The notes under the pieces were generated by a model that saw only the letters and a list, made by a program, of their open reading frames with translations, did not search any database and had not been told where the DNA came from. Position numbers and translations under genes: made by a program. This document shows, piece after piece, positions 39,901-49,297 of a stretch of 50,981 nucleotides of DNA. Each line of letters starts with the position of its first letter. The stretch's first letter is position 1. The DNA lies in contig JARDVH010000121.1 of NCBI GenBank assembly GCA_030324005.1, forward strand, positions 10,633,553 to 10,684,533, read 5' to 3'. This stretch comes from Negaprion brevirostris (taxonomy: Eukaryota).

Positions 39901-42900
39901 AGATTCCTCTACCTTTGGGAAAAGAAATTGACTATCTAGCTGACCTATGCTGCTTATTATTTTATGGACCTCTGTAAGATCACCTCCTGCACTCCAGAGA
40001 AAAAAGTCACAGTCTATCCAGCTTCTGCTTATAATTNNNNNNNNNNNNNNNNNNNNNNNNNNNNNNNNNNNNNNNNNNNNNNNNNNNNNNNNNNNNNNNN
40101 NNNNNNNNNNNNNNNNNNNNNNNNNNNNNNNNNNNNCTCTCAGTACGGCCGTGATGCTTTCCCTAATCAAAAGTGCAAGTCCCCCTCCTCTCTTACCTCC
40201 TGATCTATTTTTCCTATGGCATCTGTTCCCTGGAACATTAAGCTACCGGTCCTGTCCCTCCCTTTGCCATGTTTCAGTAATTCTACAATATACCAGTCCC
40301 AAGCACCCATCCATGCCCTGAGTTCATCGGACTTGCCCCTCAGGTCTCTTGCGTTGAAATAAATGCAGTCTAACATGGACTTCCCTTGTTCTCTGTCTGG
40401 CTTTTGCCCGATCTGTCTGGTACTAGGGTTACTGACGCTGCCTTTACTACTTAATGTTTGTCATGTTCTCTATTCCATATTATTCATGTGCCCATCCAGA
40501 TGCCTCTATACTTTGCCTGTTCCTAGCCTCCTCTTGTAATGTGTTCCAGGTACTGCCACTCTGCATGATAAATTTCCCTCTCACATCTCTATAAGCTTCC
40601 CCCTCACCTTGAATGTGTGCCTGCTTGTAATTGACACTTCCACCCTTGGAAAGGAAAAAGCCTCAGCCTCTCCAAACTGTCAATGTCTCTTATAATTTTG
40701 TAGACATCAGATTTACGCTCAGTCTCCGTCCTCCCTGTGAAAACACTCTGATATTTTCTTTCAAATTCTCCTCATAGCCAACACTCTCGAGACCAGACAA
40801 CATCTTGATGAACCTTGTTTTCAAACTCTGCAAAGCTTCCACCTCCTTCCGGTAGTGTGGCGACCCGAGCTGCATAAAAAATTCCAATGTGGCCAAAGCG
40901 GGGTTTTATATAGCTGAAACATGATTTCCTAACTCCTCTACTCAATGCCCCGGTGATAAATGCAAGTAAGGCATATGCTTTCTTAGTCATCTTGGCCACA
41001 TGTGTTGCTACTTTCAGAGAACTGTGGACCTGCACGCCCAGATCCCTCTTTATGTTAATGTGCCTGAGGTTTCCAAAGTTGACAATACATTCCACACGTA
41101 ACTTTGATCCCAAAAAAGTGTATCACCTTGCATCTGTCCATGTTAATATCCGTCCGCAATTTCTGTGCTAACACCTCAAATCTATTTATACAGAGTTGCA
41201 TCCTGTGACAATCCCAAGGCACTATGAGAAACTTCACCAATTCTGGCGCCATCCACAAACTTAACATTAGACTACCCAGCCCGCATACTCTACTCCAGGT
41301 CATTTATGTGCACTGCAAACAAAATATGTTGCAACACTGATCCCTTCACAAAACAGTAGCGGCAGATCTCCATTCTGAAAAGCACCCTTCCACCGTTAAC
41401 CTCTGTCTAGATAACCAAGCCAGCTTTGTATCCAGCTAGCCATCCCACCATAATTCGCACGTGATGCAATGTTTTGTACCAGTCTGTCGTGTAAGACTTT
41501 GTCATACGTCTTACTAAAGTCTATATAAACTAAACTCCCTCATCAATTATTCATGATACCTCTCAAAAATCTCAATCAAATTGGTGAGACATGGCATTTT
41601 CCGATTGAAACGTGCTGCCTGTCAGTAGCTAGTTCGTTTGCTTTCAAATGTGCACATATAATGTCCTCAGTATCTGCTCTAAAAGCTTTGTCAATACTGA
41701 TGCGGGGCTCAGCAGCCTAAAAAAAATCCAGGATTATCTGTGCTTCCTTTCTTAAACAAGGGAACAACAGTGGCTATTCCCCAGTCCTCTGAAAACTCTC
41801 CTTTCCTTGTGGTCAAAAATGATGGGAAGATATTTGTGAAGGCCCCAGGTATTTTTGCATTGCCTCCCGCAGTAACATGTGATAAATACGACCCTGCCTC
41901 CGGGATTGTATACCTTAATGCAGGAGGCATTTCCTCTACCCACACTATTGTCAAAGTGACTGAGTCGAATTCTCCCAAAGTCCTCCTCTGCCTTCTCTGC
42001 TGGATGATATTCTTCCTGATTTACATTGGAGCGGTTCTTTCTCTTCCCACAGTGCAGGCAACATGATGGAGTCGACTTCTCTCCGAATCGTCCTCTGCCA
42101 GCTCGGCTGTTGATCTTCCTCTTGTTTTTCACTGAAGGTGCTGTTTGTTCCACACACAGCACAGTCGAGGTAACAGAGTCGACGTCTCCCAGACTCCCGC
42201 TCTGCTGCCTCATTTGGATAATCCTCCTACTGTTTGTCACTGGAGGCGTTGCTCTTCTACCCGGAGTACAGTTGGTGTGAATGAGACGACTTCTTCCAGA
42301 ATCCTCTTCTGTCGCCTCTGCAGCATGTTCTTCCTCCTATTTTTTCACTGGAGCAGTTCTCTCTCGACCCACAGTACTGTCGAGGTAACAGAATTATTAT
42401 CTCCCAGAATCATCCTCCGTCGCATCTGATAGATTATTGTTTCCCTGTCTGTCACTGGAAGGGTTCTTTCTCTACCTAGACTGCATTCGAGGTGACTGGG
42501 TTGATTTCTCCAAGAATCATCCTCTGCGATGTCTGCTGGATGACGTTCCGCCTGTTTGTCGCTGGAGCGGTTGTCCCTCTACTCATAGTCCAAGCGAGGT
42601 GATTGAGTCGAATTCAGTCGGAATCATCCTATGCCGCCTCCGCTGGATGATCTTCCAGTGTTTCTTTGGAGTGGTTCTTTCTCTAGCCACAATACAGTCA
42701 AGGTCTTTGAGTTGACCATTCCCAGAATACTCCTCTGCGGCTTCTGCTGGATGATCTGCTTTCTAGTCAGCCCCTAGGCGTGAACTGAAATTCATTTTTA
42801 TGTACACGAACGTGCTAATATCAAATCTCATCATTATCTTTTACTGATCCTTCCGCTTCTTTACTTATCGACCTTTGATACCCAAAATGTAATCAGTTAA

Positions 42901-45900
42901 TCTTTTTGCACTTGAATACACTCAAAAATCATGCAGTCATGTGATTGTCTAAATCATCAGTATAAAGATATTCAATTTCCCTCTTAGCCCTGGTGTCATT
43001 CCACGCAACTGCAAGTCCTTGGATGAGTTTATGTGTGAAGAATGATGGGTGAACCTAGAGTTTGATTATTGCACAAGAGTGATCTAAATTAACTGGAAAT
43101 CTTTCAAAAGTGCTTAGGTCTAATTGCTGCTCAATATGTGGAAATGTATCCACTCTGGCAGATGATGGGCAATGTTTACTATACAGAAGTGTACGTCAAT
43201 TAGTCTCCATCTCCAGAAAGGCAAACCTGTGCAAGCCCAAGATGATGTTGAAGTATATTTCTAATACAATTGGGCATTTGTGAAGCGTGCGGTAAAAAAA
43301 AGGTGACTGTTTAGAGCGAGTTATGAACAGGCTTGCTATGGTTTCCCTCGAAACATGAGACACCCTATGTATGTCCCTAATTTATTAGATGCATTGAAAG
43401 GTGAGATCTAAGGGATTTACACCCATTTCGGTGCTGTCCAAATCTCGTGATCCATACAGATCAGACCGGCAACAAAAAAAGTGCAATACAGGTTGCTGAT
43501 TTTTTTTAACGCGAGAAGTAAAAATCTGTTCACATGCGGACTGGGTAAGGAGATTGGCGTGGACTTCCGTAAGGGCTGCTTGATGACGGTGAAAGTTGAA
43601 TAAATACCATATTGTGTTAAAAAGGACGTTTCTGCATGTCTTCATTGTATGGTCCTAGTGGTCTGAGTGGTATTCCGTCTTTGTATTCCTAGGCTAGTTG
43701 TTATTCATTAATATCTTGACATTCATATTAATTAAGTGATTTTAACAATGGCCTTCTCGTCGGACTGACGTTAGCCGCACAAGTTCACCATTCAAAATGA
43801 TTGGTGATTGCTTATGCAATACACGAAGTTTAAAATTCATTTCCAATTGTCAGTAAATTTTAAAAACAAAATTCTTTCAACAGAACACAAACTGTGATAA
43901 TGCAATTCGCTTCACTGTTCTTTCCGTTCGAGATATACACATTATCACTATTTATTATATAAGAAAAAATAAACTCTGAGAATCCCCATTGTATTTATCA
44001 GGGTAAATTTTACATGCGTGCTCCCAAAATGATTCACCCCACGAGTGCACACACTGTTGTTCTGCTTCATAAATGGAACCATTTATTAATCAAAAGCTTC
44101 ATCTGAAGTTTATTATTGAAGAAAGTGAGCTATCGCATTTTGGCAGAAATGACAGCTACACGCATGTGTAGACTGAAAGACATAGTTTTCAGATTTGTAC
44201 AGGACTGGAATAATGAGTGTTCAGGTGCATCGATACTTTGAGGTCGCTGAAATATTGAGAGCTAGTTAGAAAAACATGTGAGGCCTTGTGATTCACAAAT
44301 GGAGATGTGGATCAGAAATAGCGTGGGATTAATGTTTAGCCATTATAAAGCTTCCCTTCATCCAAAACTGGACACTAGCGTACAGTTCTGGCACCTGCAC
44401 CTCAGGAAGCATGCAAATGTCCTCAAGTAGCGCAGAACAAATGCACCTTCACAATTCCCATGCTGCGGGATTTTAACTAAATTATTCCTTTTCGTCAAGC
44501 TGGAGGTGCTATCCTTGTCGCAAAGGACAGTGTTATAAAATTCGGCAGAAGTGCACAAGGATCATTTTCGTAAGGTATGGAGATAAAAAAAGACAGCTAG
44601 CTGTTAAGTCACAGACATAAACTCTTGGAGAAAAGTCGCGGGTGTATATAAAAAATAATATATCCACATAAAACACGTTGTGGCCATTGAAACTCGTTGC
44701 TTAGCTGCATGATATATATAAATGGATGTATTCACACATATACTAACAACATTTGCCATAATTACACGCTAATATCATGCTGGTTCTAAAATCGGCTGTT
44801 GCATTATTCCAGCGAATTTTGGTCTGTCGATTGGCGGCAAGGTGTTACCTATCAATTTTATATACAACAGTACAATGCAGGGTTGTTGCATTCGAACTTG
44901 TTATTACTTGTCAGTTTTATTTGCCGCCATAGATAAAATGCTAAACGACACAAAGGACGGTAAGATGGTATTCATATAAACAGCCATTATTTAATTGCTT
45001 CAGAACATTTAACCAAATAAGAAATCGCCTACCTACCTCAGTTTAGGGGGCCAGTAAGTACCAGACGTTCTATTTTATCCATATGTCAAATATTTCCATT
45101 TTATAAAGACCAAAGTGTAATACAGCAAACAAAGATACTTGAATGTAAAGTTACAGATTGAATGTTGAAGGCATTTATCATCAAAAGAAAATTTAGTTAG
45201 TGGCCAAGAGGTTGGCATCTGGTTAAAAAAAATCAATCCCAATTTTGGGGAGATATGTCAATTGTGTAAGGGATTCGATAATTGGAGGTGTGTTGTGATG
45301 ACTTGGCGGTAAGGGATAGCAGACCCAGAAAACGTGACGGAATTTAATGATGTAGGAGATTTACAGGGGCTGGAATTTTTAACAGAGGCAGGAGTGGCCA
45401 TGAACTGCACCAACATTGCTAGGAGGTATATCAAGAGTGTTCTGGAAGCACACTTGTTAAAGGTTAATTCCAACCAAATGTTACCAAAATTAGAGCTATG
45501 GTCAATTGAGTGTTTGTGGAGCGCCGTCAGATGTACCGACATCCAAATTTTCCTCCGAGCAACAATCTCAACCCAACCTTTACAAAAGTGTGCAGCGCAG
45601 GATGGGAAAATTCTGCTCAATGTGAAATTCTCAGCTACATGTCAGATTCAATCGATCACTTAAACACACCAAATATTTCAATTTTCCCTGTTTTTAATAT
45701 TCGTTTTAAAATGTTATTTATCTTATCCTCATTTTAGAATGATTCTGGAGTTCAACGTGGTCGAGCGTCACTGCGTAAAATCACTTCGAACTCGTTAAGG
45801 ACTAGTTATTTATTTACTTTTGAGGGAGTAGCATTCGGGTTACGGACCCTTCTGCTGTAAATGGTAATTCCAGAGAAAGAGAAAATGAACAGTGGAAGAC

Positions 45901-48786
45901 AATGTACCACGGTTTTCACACATATTGTTTTGATACTCATTCAGATAATGCCTGATCTGCTTGTTAAGTTGTCCTGGTACAGCAACAAAAACCTGTTGGC
46001 ATGGAAGAATAAATAACATACACAAATATCACATGCAAATACATTAGGATTTCATCTTTAATACCATGCAGGGAACGTAAACAGCTTTCAGAAGCAAAAG
46101 TGAATATCAAAGGTTTGATTCGAAATGGAAATTGTGCAACCGTTACTTAAAGTCACAATCATGAAAACATTTCAAAAACGCTTTGAATGTTATATTGGAC
46201 TATGTTGTGGGCTGTGATGTGAGCCTTTTAATTCATCACATTTTTACCCTTCAGGTAATCAGACCAAGTCACGAATTTCTCCAGAATAGCTGTTTTAATC
46301 AAGATATAGCGTGGTCCCTGGAAAATCACAGATTGTTGGTGGTAATAGCTAGCACCGAGAATTGAGAAATGCACAAGGAGTTATACTTTCAAATTCGATT
46401 ACAAGTCATTAGAAAATGTCAATCACGTTTTATGAGTTATCACTACCCACTTGGAGTTAGTTGTTAAGGTTACACTATTCAAATATTAAACCAATCACAA
46501 TGACATCACACTTGCTAATTTGTGATGTCCAATGCATGCAAATAGTTAATCAAATACTTAATCAGGATGGCACGGTGGCACAATGGTTAGTACAGTTGTC
46601 TCACAGCGCCAGGGATTCAGATTCAATTACAGCCTTACGTTGGTGTCCGTGCAGAGGCTGCATAATCTCTCCATGTCTTCTGGTTTCATCTGAGTGTTCT
46701 GGTTTCCTCCCACATTCCAAAGATGTACGGGTTAGATAGATTGGCCATACGAATTAGCCTCTTAGTGTCCAAAGGCATGTAGGTTAGGGGACTAGCAGGA
46801 TTTGTATGCTTCATTAAAGGGCTACAGCAGGTGGAGAGCCTGGGCAAGATGTTCTGTTGAAGAGTTGGTGCAGAATCAATGGGCTGAGTGGTTTCATTCT
46901 GCACAGTAGGGATTTCATGAGTTTATGCTTCTAAGCCAGTTGAGTTAAGAGTCATTATTGCATGTTATCATTTTCCCAGCTTGTGAATGTGTCTGTAGAT
47001 ATCACTCCCCTTTTCCAGTTCCAGATGTCTGATTTAATAAATTCTCTCAGACCCATCGCCTTGCTGCTTAACTGTGAAAATTTTAATCAGAAGAATTGAT
47101 TTTTATCATAGCAGCTTTCTAAACTGATCTGATCATTAACCAGTTCAGGCTCCTTTATCTCCAGCTAATCAAACAGATTTTATGTCCTCTCTTTAACATG
47201 CTCTGATGGCCCTGTGCACGTTGAGTACTGCACTGCAGTGTCAGCCGANNNNNNNNNNNNNNNNNNNNNNNNNNNNNNNNNNNNNNNNNNNNNNNNNNNN
47301 NNNNNNNNNNNNNNNNNNNNNNNNNNNNNNNNNNNNNNNNNNNNNNNNAGATGTTGCGTCTCCTCCTTTGCTGGGAAAATTCAATCACAAACTTTTGATT
47401 TAGAATTAAGAAGTTGCACGCTAAACAACACTGTCGTGATAATTTTCTTGAATGATGCAGGCAAGCTGAAGTGCACTGTATGATTATGAAAACACATTTT
47501 TTTCTCAGAAAAAAATAGGCAATTTCTCCATTTGTTTTCTTTAAAATAGTAAATCAAGCCCAATTCCAGGAATTGTGCTATCAGTCTTTGCGTACCTGTG
47601 TTGGATTTCTAAATAATTGTATCAGAGAGTCGTAGAAAGGTAGAGCACAATGAATTACTTTTCGGCCCAACATGACTGTTCTATCAAAGGGAACTGAAGG
47701 CCCCCTTTTCATTCTACGTATCTACTCAATGACCCATTCATCCATATATCCACTTATTCATAGATTTCTGCAATCCATCACGCCATCTTTGTCAGTCCTA
47801 ACAATTAGTTTCAGTCTCCAGCAGACCATAGCTCTGGAGGGGGTAAAACAGGCCATTTAGTCCATCGAGTCTGCTCTGCCTTTCAAAGAGATCACGACTG
47901 ACCCAATATGATAATCCTCAACTCCGCATTTTATCCATGTCTGCATAAGCCCTGAATGCACAACTCAATAAATGTCTGTCGGTCTCAGTCCTGTATACAC
48001 TTAACGACCAAACCTCCGCAATACCCTACTGTAAAAAAAAATCCGAAGATGCATAACTGTCTGAGACAAGAAATCTGTACTAAACTGTGTCTTTAATTAG
48101 TTAACCATTGCTCTGACATGATGACTCTGGTACATTGAATTTGTTAAGTCTTTTGATTTGTCCCATCCCTTCATTGCGAAGTTCAACATTTAGGTCACTG
48201 GGAAAGTTTATATTCATTCATAAACACAAATTATTCGAACAAAAATCGTGTCCTTCCCCAATTTGATGGAGAAGAAAGTACAACTCCAGTTTATTCAGGT
48301 AATGGAAATCCCACATCTCACTTTTCTTTGAAAGACGACTGCCCCATCACCAAAACCTTCACGTCCATCCTACATTGTGGAGCCAAAAATTGTATAGATG
48401 ACCACAATTGAGCGTTGACAACATTCCAAGTGGAATTTATAGTCGACCCCACTCAAGTTCGCAAGTTCATCCTACGCAATTCTACTGACTGTGTGCGCCA
48501 CAATAACATTCTGTCAGTAGAGTGTAAAGTGGTTTTAATTGTAACATACAGCCCGTGACACAATGTTATTGTTTAAAAGTAATATTTAATGAGTTCAAAT
48601 GACCACAAATTAGCAGATGCACGGTTAACGCGTCACCTTAGATATTATTCAATCTAATCATGTCCTTCACAGCAAAACTCCAGGGGAACAACTGATAAGA
48701 AATTAACAAGAAACTCCACTTTGTAAAAATGTTAATCATAATATTACTTTGTCCAGCAGAATTGGAAAAACTGCGGAAAAAATGCA
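6891..48786 (+). CDS. Internal part of a spliced micro-exon gene encoding a repetitive coiled coil (11 exons, 333 nt); family unassigned, butyrophilin/BG-like exon architecture
   Basis: Join 6891-6926, 8089-8115, 9565-9591, 18820-18855, 19858-19884, 21393-21428, 24190-24216, 30160-30186, 36830-36865, 44933-44959, 48760-48786. All are AG..GT bounded, phase 1-1 and stop-free: (E)LDQMKEALKRA AQRLDYKEK ELDDLRQKC KMDHLKGALQRA EQNLWRKEK ELENAIGALKST EQRLSNTEK ELDELRMKC KLDRVKKALADT DKMLNDTKD ELEKLRKKC. Further exons may be missing. Confidence 0.85.
7241..7636 (+). mobile_element. HE1-type SINE, near full length
   Basis: tRNA-like head ctcacagcgccagg..ttcaattc, core gtgggttt..ggtttc..ccacaatccaaa, CR1-derived tail gatgggccgaatg..gcactgtagggatt. 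Confidence 0.8.
8089..8115 (+). CDS. Micro-exon class A (27 nt): AQRLDYKEK
   Basis: Acceptor ctgaccttatcatcgtag|CT, donor AAG|gtaaga; paralogous to 19858, 24190, 44933. Confidence 0.85.
9565..9591 (+). CDS. Micro-exon class D (27 nt): ELDDLRQKC
   Basis: Acceptor ttttaatatgctttag|AA, donor GCA|gtaagt; paralogous to 30160, 48760. Confidence 0.87.
9800..13090 (-). mobile_element. Decayed Gypsy LTR retrotransposon (K02A2.6-like gag-PR-RT-RNaseH-integrase)
   Basis: RT WVAAIVPVRK..IRICGDF (11742-12128); RNase H remnants GIGATVSHVMP and TILTHD*PLESIFG; integrase HGTVHMKEI, WQRIHV..LDAHAK, NPSSNGLAE (~10200-10700); many stops and frameshifts. Confidence 0.85.
13845..14700 (-). mobile_element. Rex1/Babar-type LINE RT fragment (spans an N gap)
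   Basis: LDPLLFA..SLALHSTLEH..YVRFIFIDCRSTFNIIIPTKLISKL and QGLQDITGY..PDELNAF motifs. Confidence 0.85.
14950..15285 (-). mobile_element. HE1-type SINE, diverged
   Basis: attcggcccatt tail, gctaatccacctaac, aaactccacacagaca. Confidence 0.7.
18820..18855 (+). CDS. Micro-exon class B (36 nt): xMDHLKGALQRA
   Basis: Acceptor T-tract then aaattaag|AA, donor CAG|gtgagt. Confidence 0.85.
19519..19740. mobile_element. Penelope-like terminal (pLTR-derived) inverted element with degenerate hammerhead core
   Basis: gatgtggag..ttggactgg head; ggttaaagtccaacag inverted against gttggcgttaaactgg; ctgatgaaggagcaacgctccgaat. Confidence 0.65.
19858..19884 (+). CDS. Micro-exon class A (27 nt): EQNLWRKEK
   Basis: Acceptor acatttcttgtccacag|AA, donor AAG|gtatga. 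Confidence 0.87.
21393..21428 (+). CDS. Micro-exon class B (36 nt): ELENAIGALKST
   Basis: Acceptor ttcccgaatctccctag|AA, donor CAG|gtgagt; GAL motif shared with the 18820 exon. Confidence 0.83.
21570..21775 (+). mobile_element. 3' end of an L2/CR1-type LINE (or SINE tail derived from it)
   Basis: gtcaaaatcctggaact..cggttgaagaaggct..ccacatcccatgaatga tail. Confidence 0.6.
22200..24014 (+). mobile_element. CR1 LINE, 5'-truncated ORF2 RT to 3' UTR, frameshifted
   Basis: VVYLDFQKAFAKV, GVPEGSVLGP, PHLEYCVQ, RRMRGDLIETYKI, RRNFFRQRIVNLWN. Confidence 0.93.
24190..24216 (+). CDS. Micro-exon class A (27 nt): EQRLSNTEK
   Basis: Acceptor tttacccttaccatcacag|AA, donor AAG|gtatga. Confidence 0.87.
24440..24535. 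repeat. Degenerate (CCAT)/(CCTT) simple repeat
   Basis: ccttccttcc, catccatccatccatt. Confidence 0.55.
25420..25572. repeat. (CTAT)n / GATA microsatellite
   Basis: Runs of ctatctatctat. Confidence 0.9.
26424..26765 (-). mobile_element. L2/CR1-type (jockey-like) LINE RT fragment
   Basis: TALGIRATFDLICNHGILAKLKS; minus strand SILGPNIFSCFINDLPSII. Confidence 0.75.
27207..27353. mobile_element. Penelope-derived hairpin element
   Basis: About 50-bp inverted arms (27240-27290 vs 27304-27353) around a short AT-rich loop; same head as 19519 and 28865. Confidence 0.75.
28130..28380 (+). mobile_element. CR1 ORF2 3' fragment
   Basis: LEKLGLFSLAKRRLRGDL; catctggagtatt..ggaaggatgtgaaggccttggag. Confidence 0.8.
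28864..29326 (+). mobile_element. Penelope-like element 3' end with inverted terminal segment
   Basis: About 60-bp inverted termini; interior FRTHEDGLNRDLGFMSHYL* resembles a GIY-YIG C-terminus; degenerate hammerhead-like ttgacgaagggg..gaaagc near 29204. Confidence 0.8.
30160..30186 (+). CDS. Micro-exon class D (27 nt): ELDELRMKC
   Basis: Acceptor gtgtttg(t)ncag|AA, donor GTA|gtaaga. Confidence 0.87.
33768..34066 (-). mobile_element. Penelope-like element end, same family as 28864-29326 (spans an N gap)
   Basis: 33768-33927 is the reverse complement of ~29129-29292; the segment after the gap is the inverted head. Confidence 0.75.
36155..36455 (-). mobile_element. HE1-type SINE
   Basis: ggactgtgggatgaaaccggagcgtccagaggaaacc..aactccacacggacagtgacc..gcagtgctaac. 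Confidence 0.85.
36830..36865 (+). CDS. Micro-exon class B (36 nt): xLDRVKKALADT
   Basis: Acceptor cctttacctttgttcatcag|AA, donor CAG|gtaagt. Confidence 0.87.
37035..37126 (+). mobile_element. Penelope-like terminal fragment with degenerate hammerhead core
   Basis: cacctgacgaagggg..aaataaatctgttggactttaacatggtgtcgtgagacttct. Confidence 0.65.
37800..39230 (+). mobile_element. L2/CR1-type (jockey-like) LINE ORF2 remnant
   Basis: GPPGSIIGPIILNCFNNDLPSIIWLEVGMFADD (38877-39179); upstream decayed ORF2; left boundary uncertain. Confidence 0.75.
39620..40036 (-). mobile_element. CR1 3' end
   Basis: GDLTEVHKI..FLFPKVEESKMRGHRFK..GNLFTARVVSVWNKLP. Confidence 0.88.
40136..40380 (-). mobile_element. 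CR1 ORF2 endonuclease N-terminus
   Basis: LDCIYFNARDLRGKSDELRAWMGAWDW. Confidence 0.82.
40470..41835 (-). mobile_element. CR1 ORF2 RT, decayed
   Basis: EDWGIATVVPLFKKG, RDLGVQVHSSLKVATHV, SPHYRKEVEALQ. Confidence 0.88.
41925..42765. repeat. Tandem array of about 8 diverged copies of a ~107-bp unit
   Basis: Anchor gagtcga-like motif at 41962, 42069, 42176, 42283, 42391, 42498, 42605, 42709. Confidence 0.88.
44933..44959 (+). CDS. Micro-exon class A, divergent (27 nt): DKMLNDTKD
   Basis: Acceptor ttttatttgccgccatag|AT, donor ACG|gtaaga; L4 and T7 match EQRLSNTEK; fills the expected A slot between B and D. Confidence 0.75.
46566..46918 (+). mobile_element. HE1-type SINE, near full length
   Basis: ggcacggtggcacaatggttag (A box)..tcacagcgccaggga..ttcaatt (B box)..tctgcacagtagggatt tail. 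Confidence 0.85.
47825..48400 (-). mobile_element. Decayed CR1 3' end(s)
   Basis: ggccatttagtccatcgagtctgctctgcc and gataatcctcaactcc 3'UTR motifs. Confidence 0.6.
48760..48786 (+). CDS. Micro-exon class D (27 nt): ELEKLRKKC
   Basis: Acceptor ttactttgtccagcag|AA, donor GCA|gtaagt. Confidence 0.87.
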
Positions 48787-49297
48787 GTAAGTAATTGAGG
48801 GCATCATGATGTACCAGCCGTTTCATTTCAGAAGGTTGTTTATATTGATTCCTCTTTGACTTGTGATATTTTACACAACACATTTTGGTTCGACGAGAAA
48901 ACCACGACTTCCAATTTTAAGTAATGCCATCGGATAGGGGAGATGAAAACGCTGCCTTGAAAAGTACAGCGCATAGGACCACGGATAATGTGCGGAAAGA
49001 AAGGCAAATTATGATATACGGTTATTATATTGTAGTTCGGTTTCTTAATAAGTGTTGACATTTCAGTTTTAAAACGTTTTAAAAATAATTCAGATGGTGT
49101 GAAAAGACGACAACGTAACAAAACTATATTATTGTATATCCAACACCACCAAGTCATTCGCCCCCTATTCTGGCCCCACGTTGCAGAATTCTGGCACCGT
49201 TTTCAATTCATCACAACAGGAAGCCCATCTCAGTTCATTCCCCCTCTAGTAGTTACGAAATAGACTTCAGGTTAAGTAATCATTGTCCTCGTGACTT

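Noticed and set aside
41925-42765. CRISPR-like array or multi-pass membrane CDS
   Set aside because: Eukaryotic context, no repeat/unique-spacer structure, and the period does not preserve reading frame
43883-43900. Acceptor followed by an A-like start (EHKL*)
   Set aside because: Immediate stop and no donor; a better class A exon exists at 44933
46566-46635. tRNA gene (A/B boxes)
   Set aside because: Head of an HE1-type SINE, continuous with the SINE body and tail
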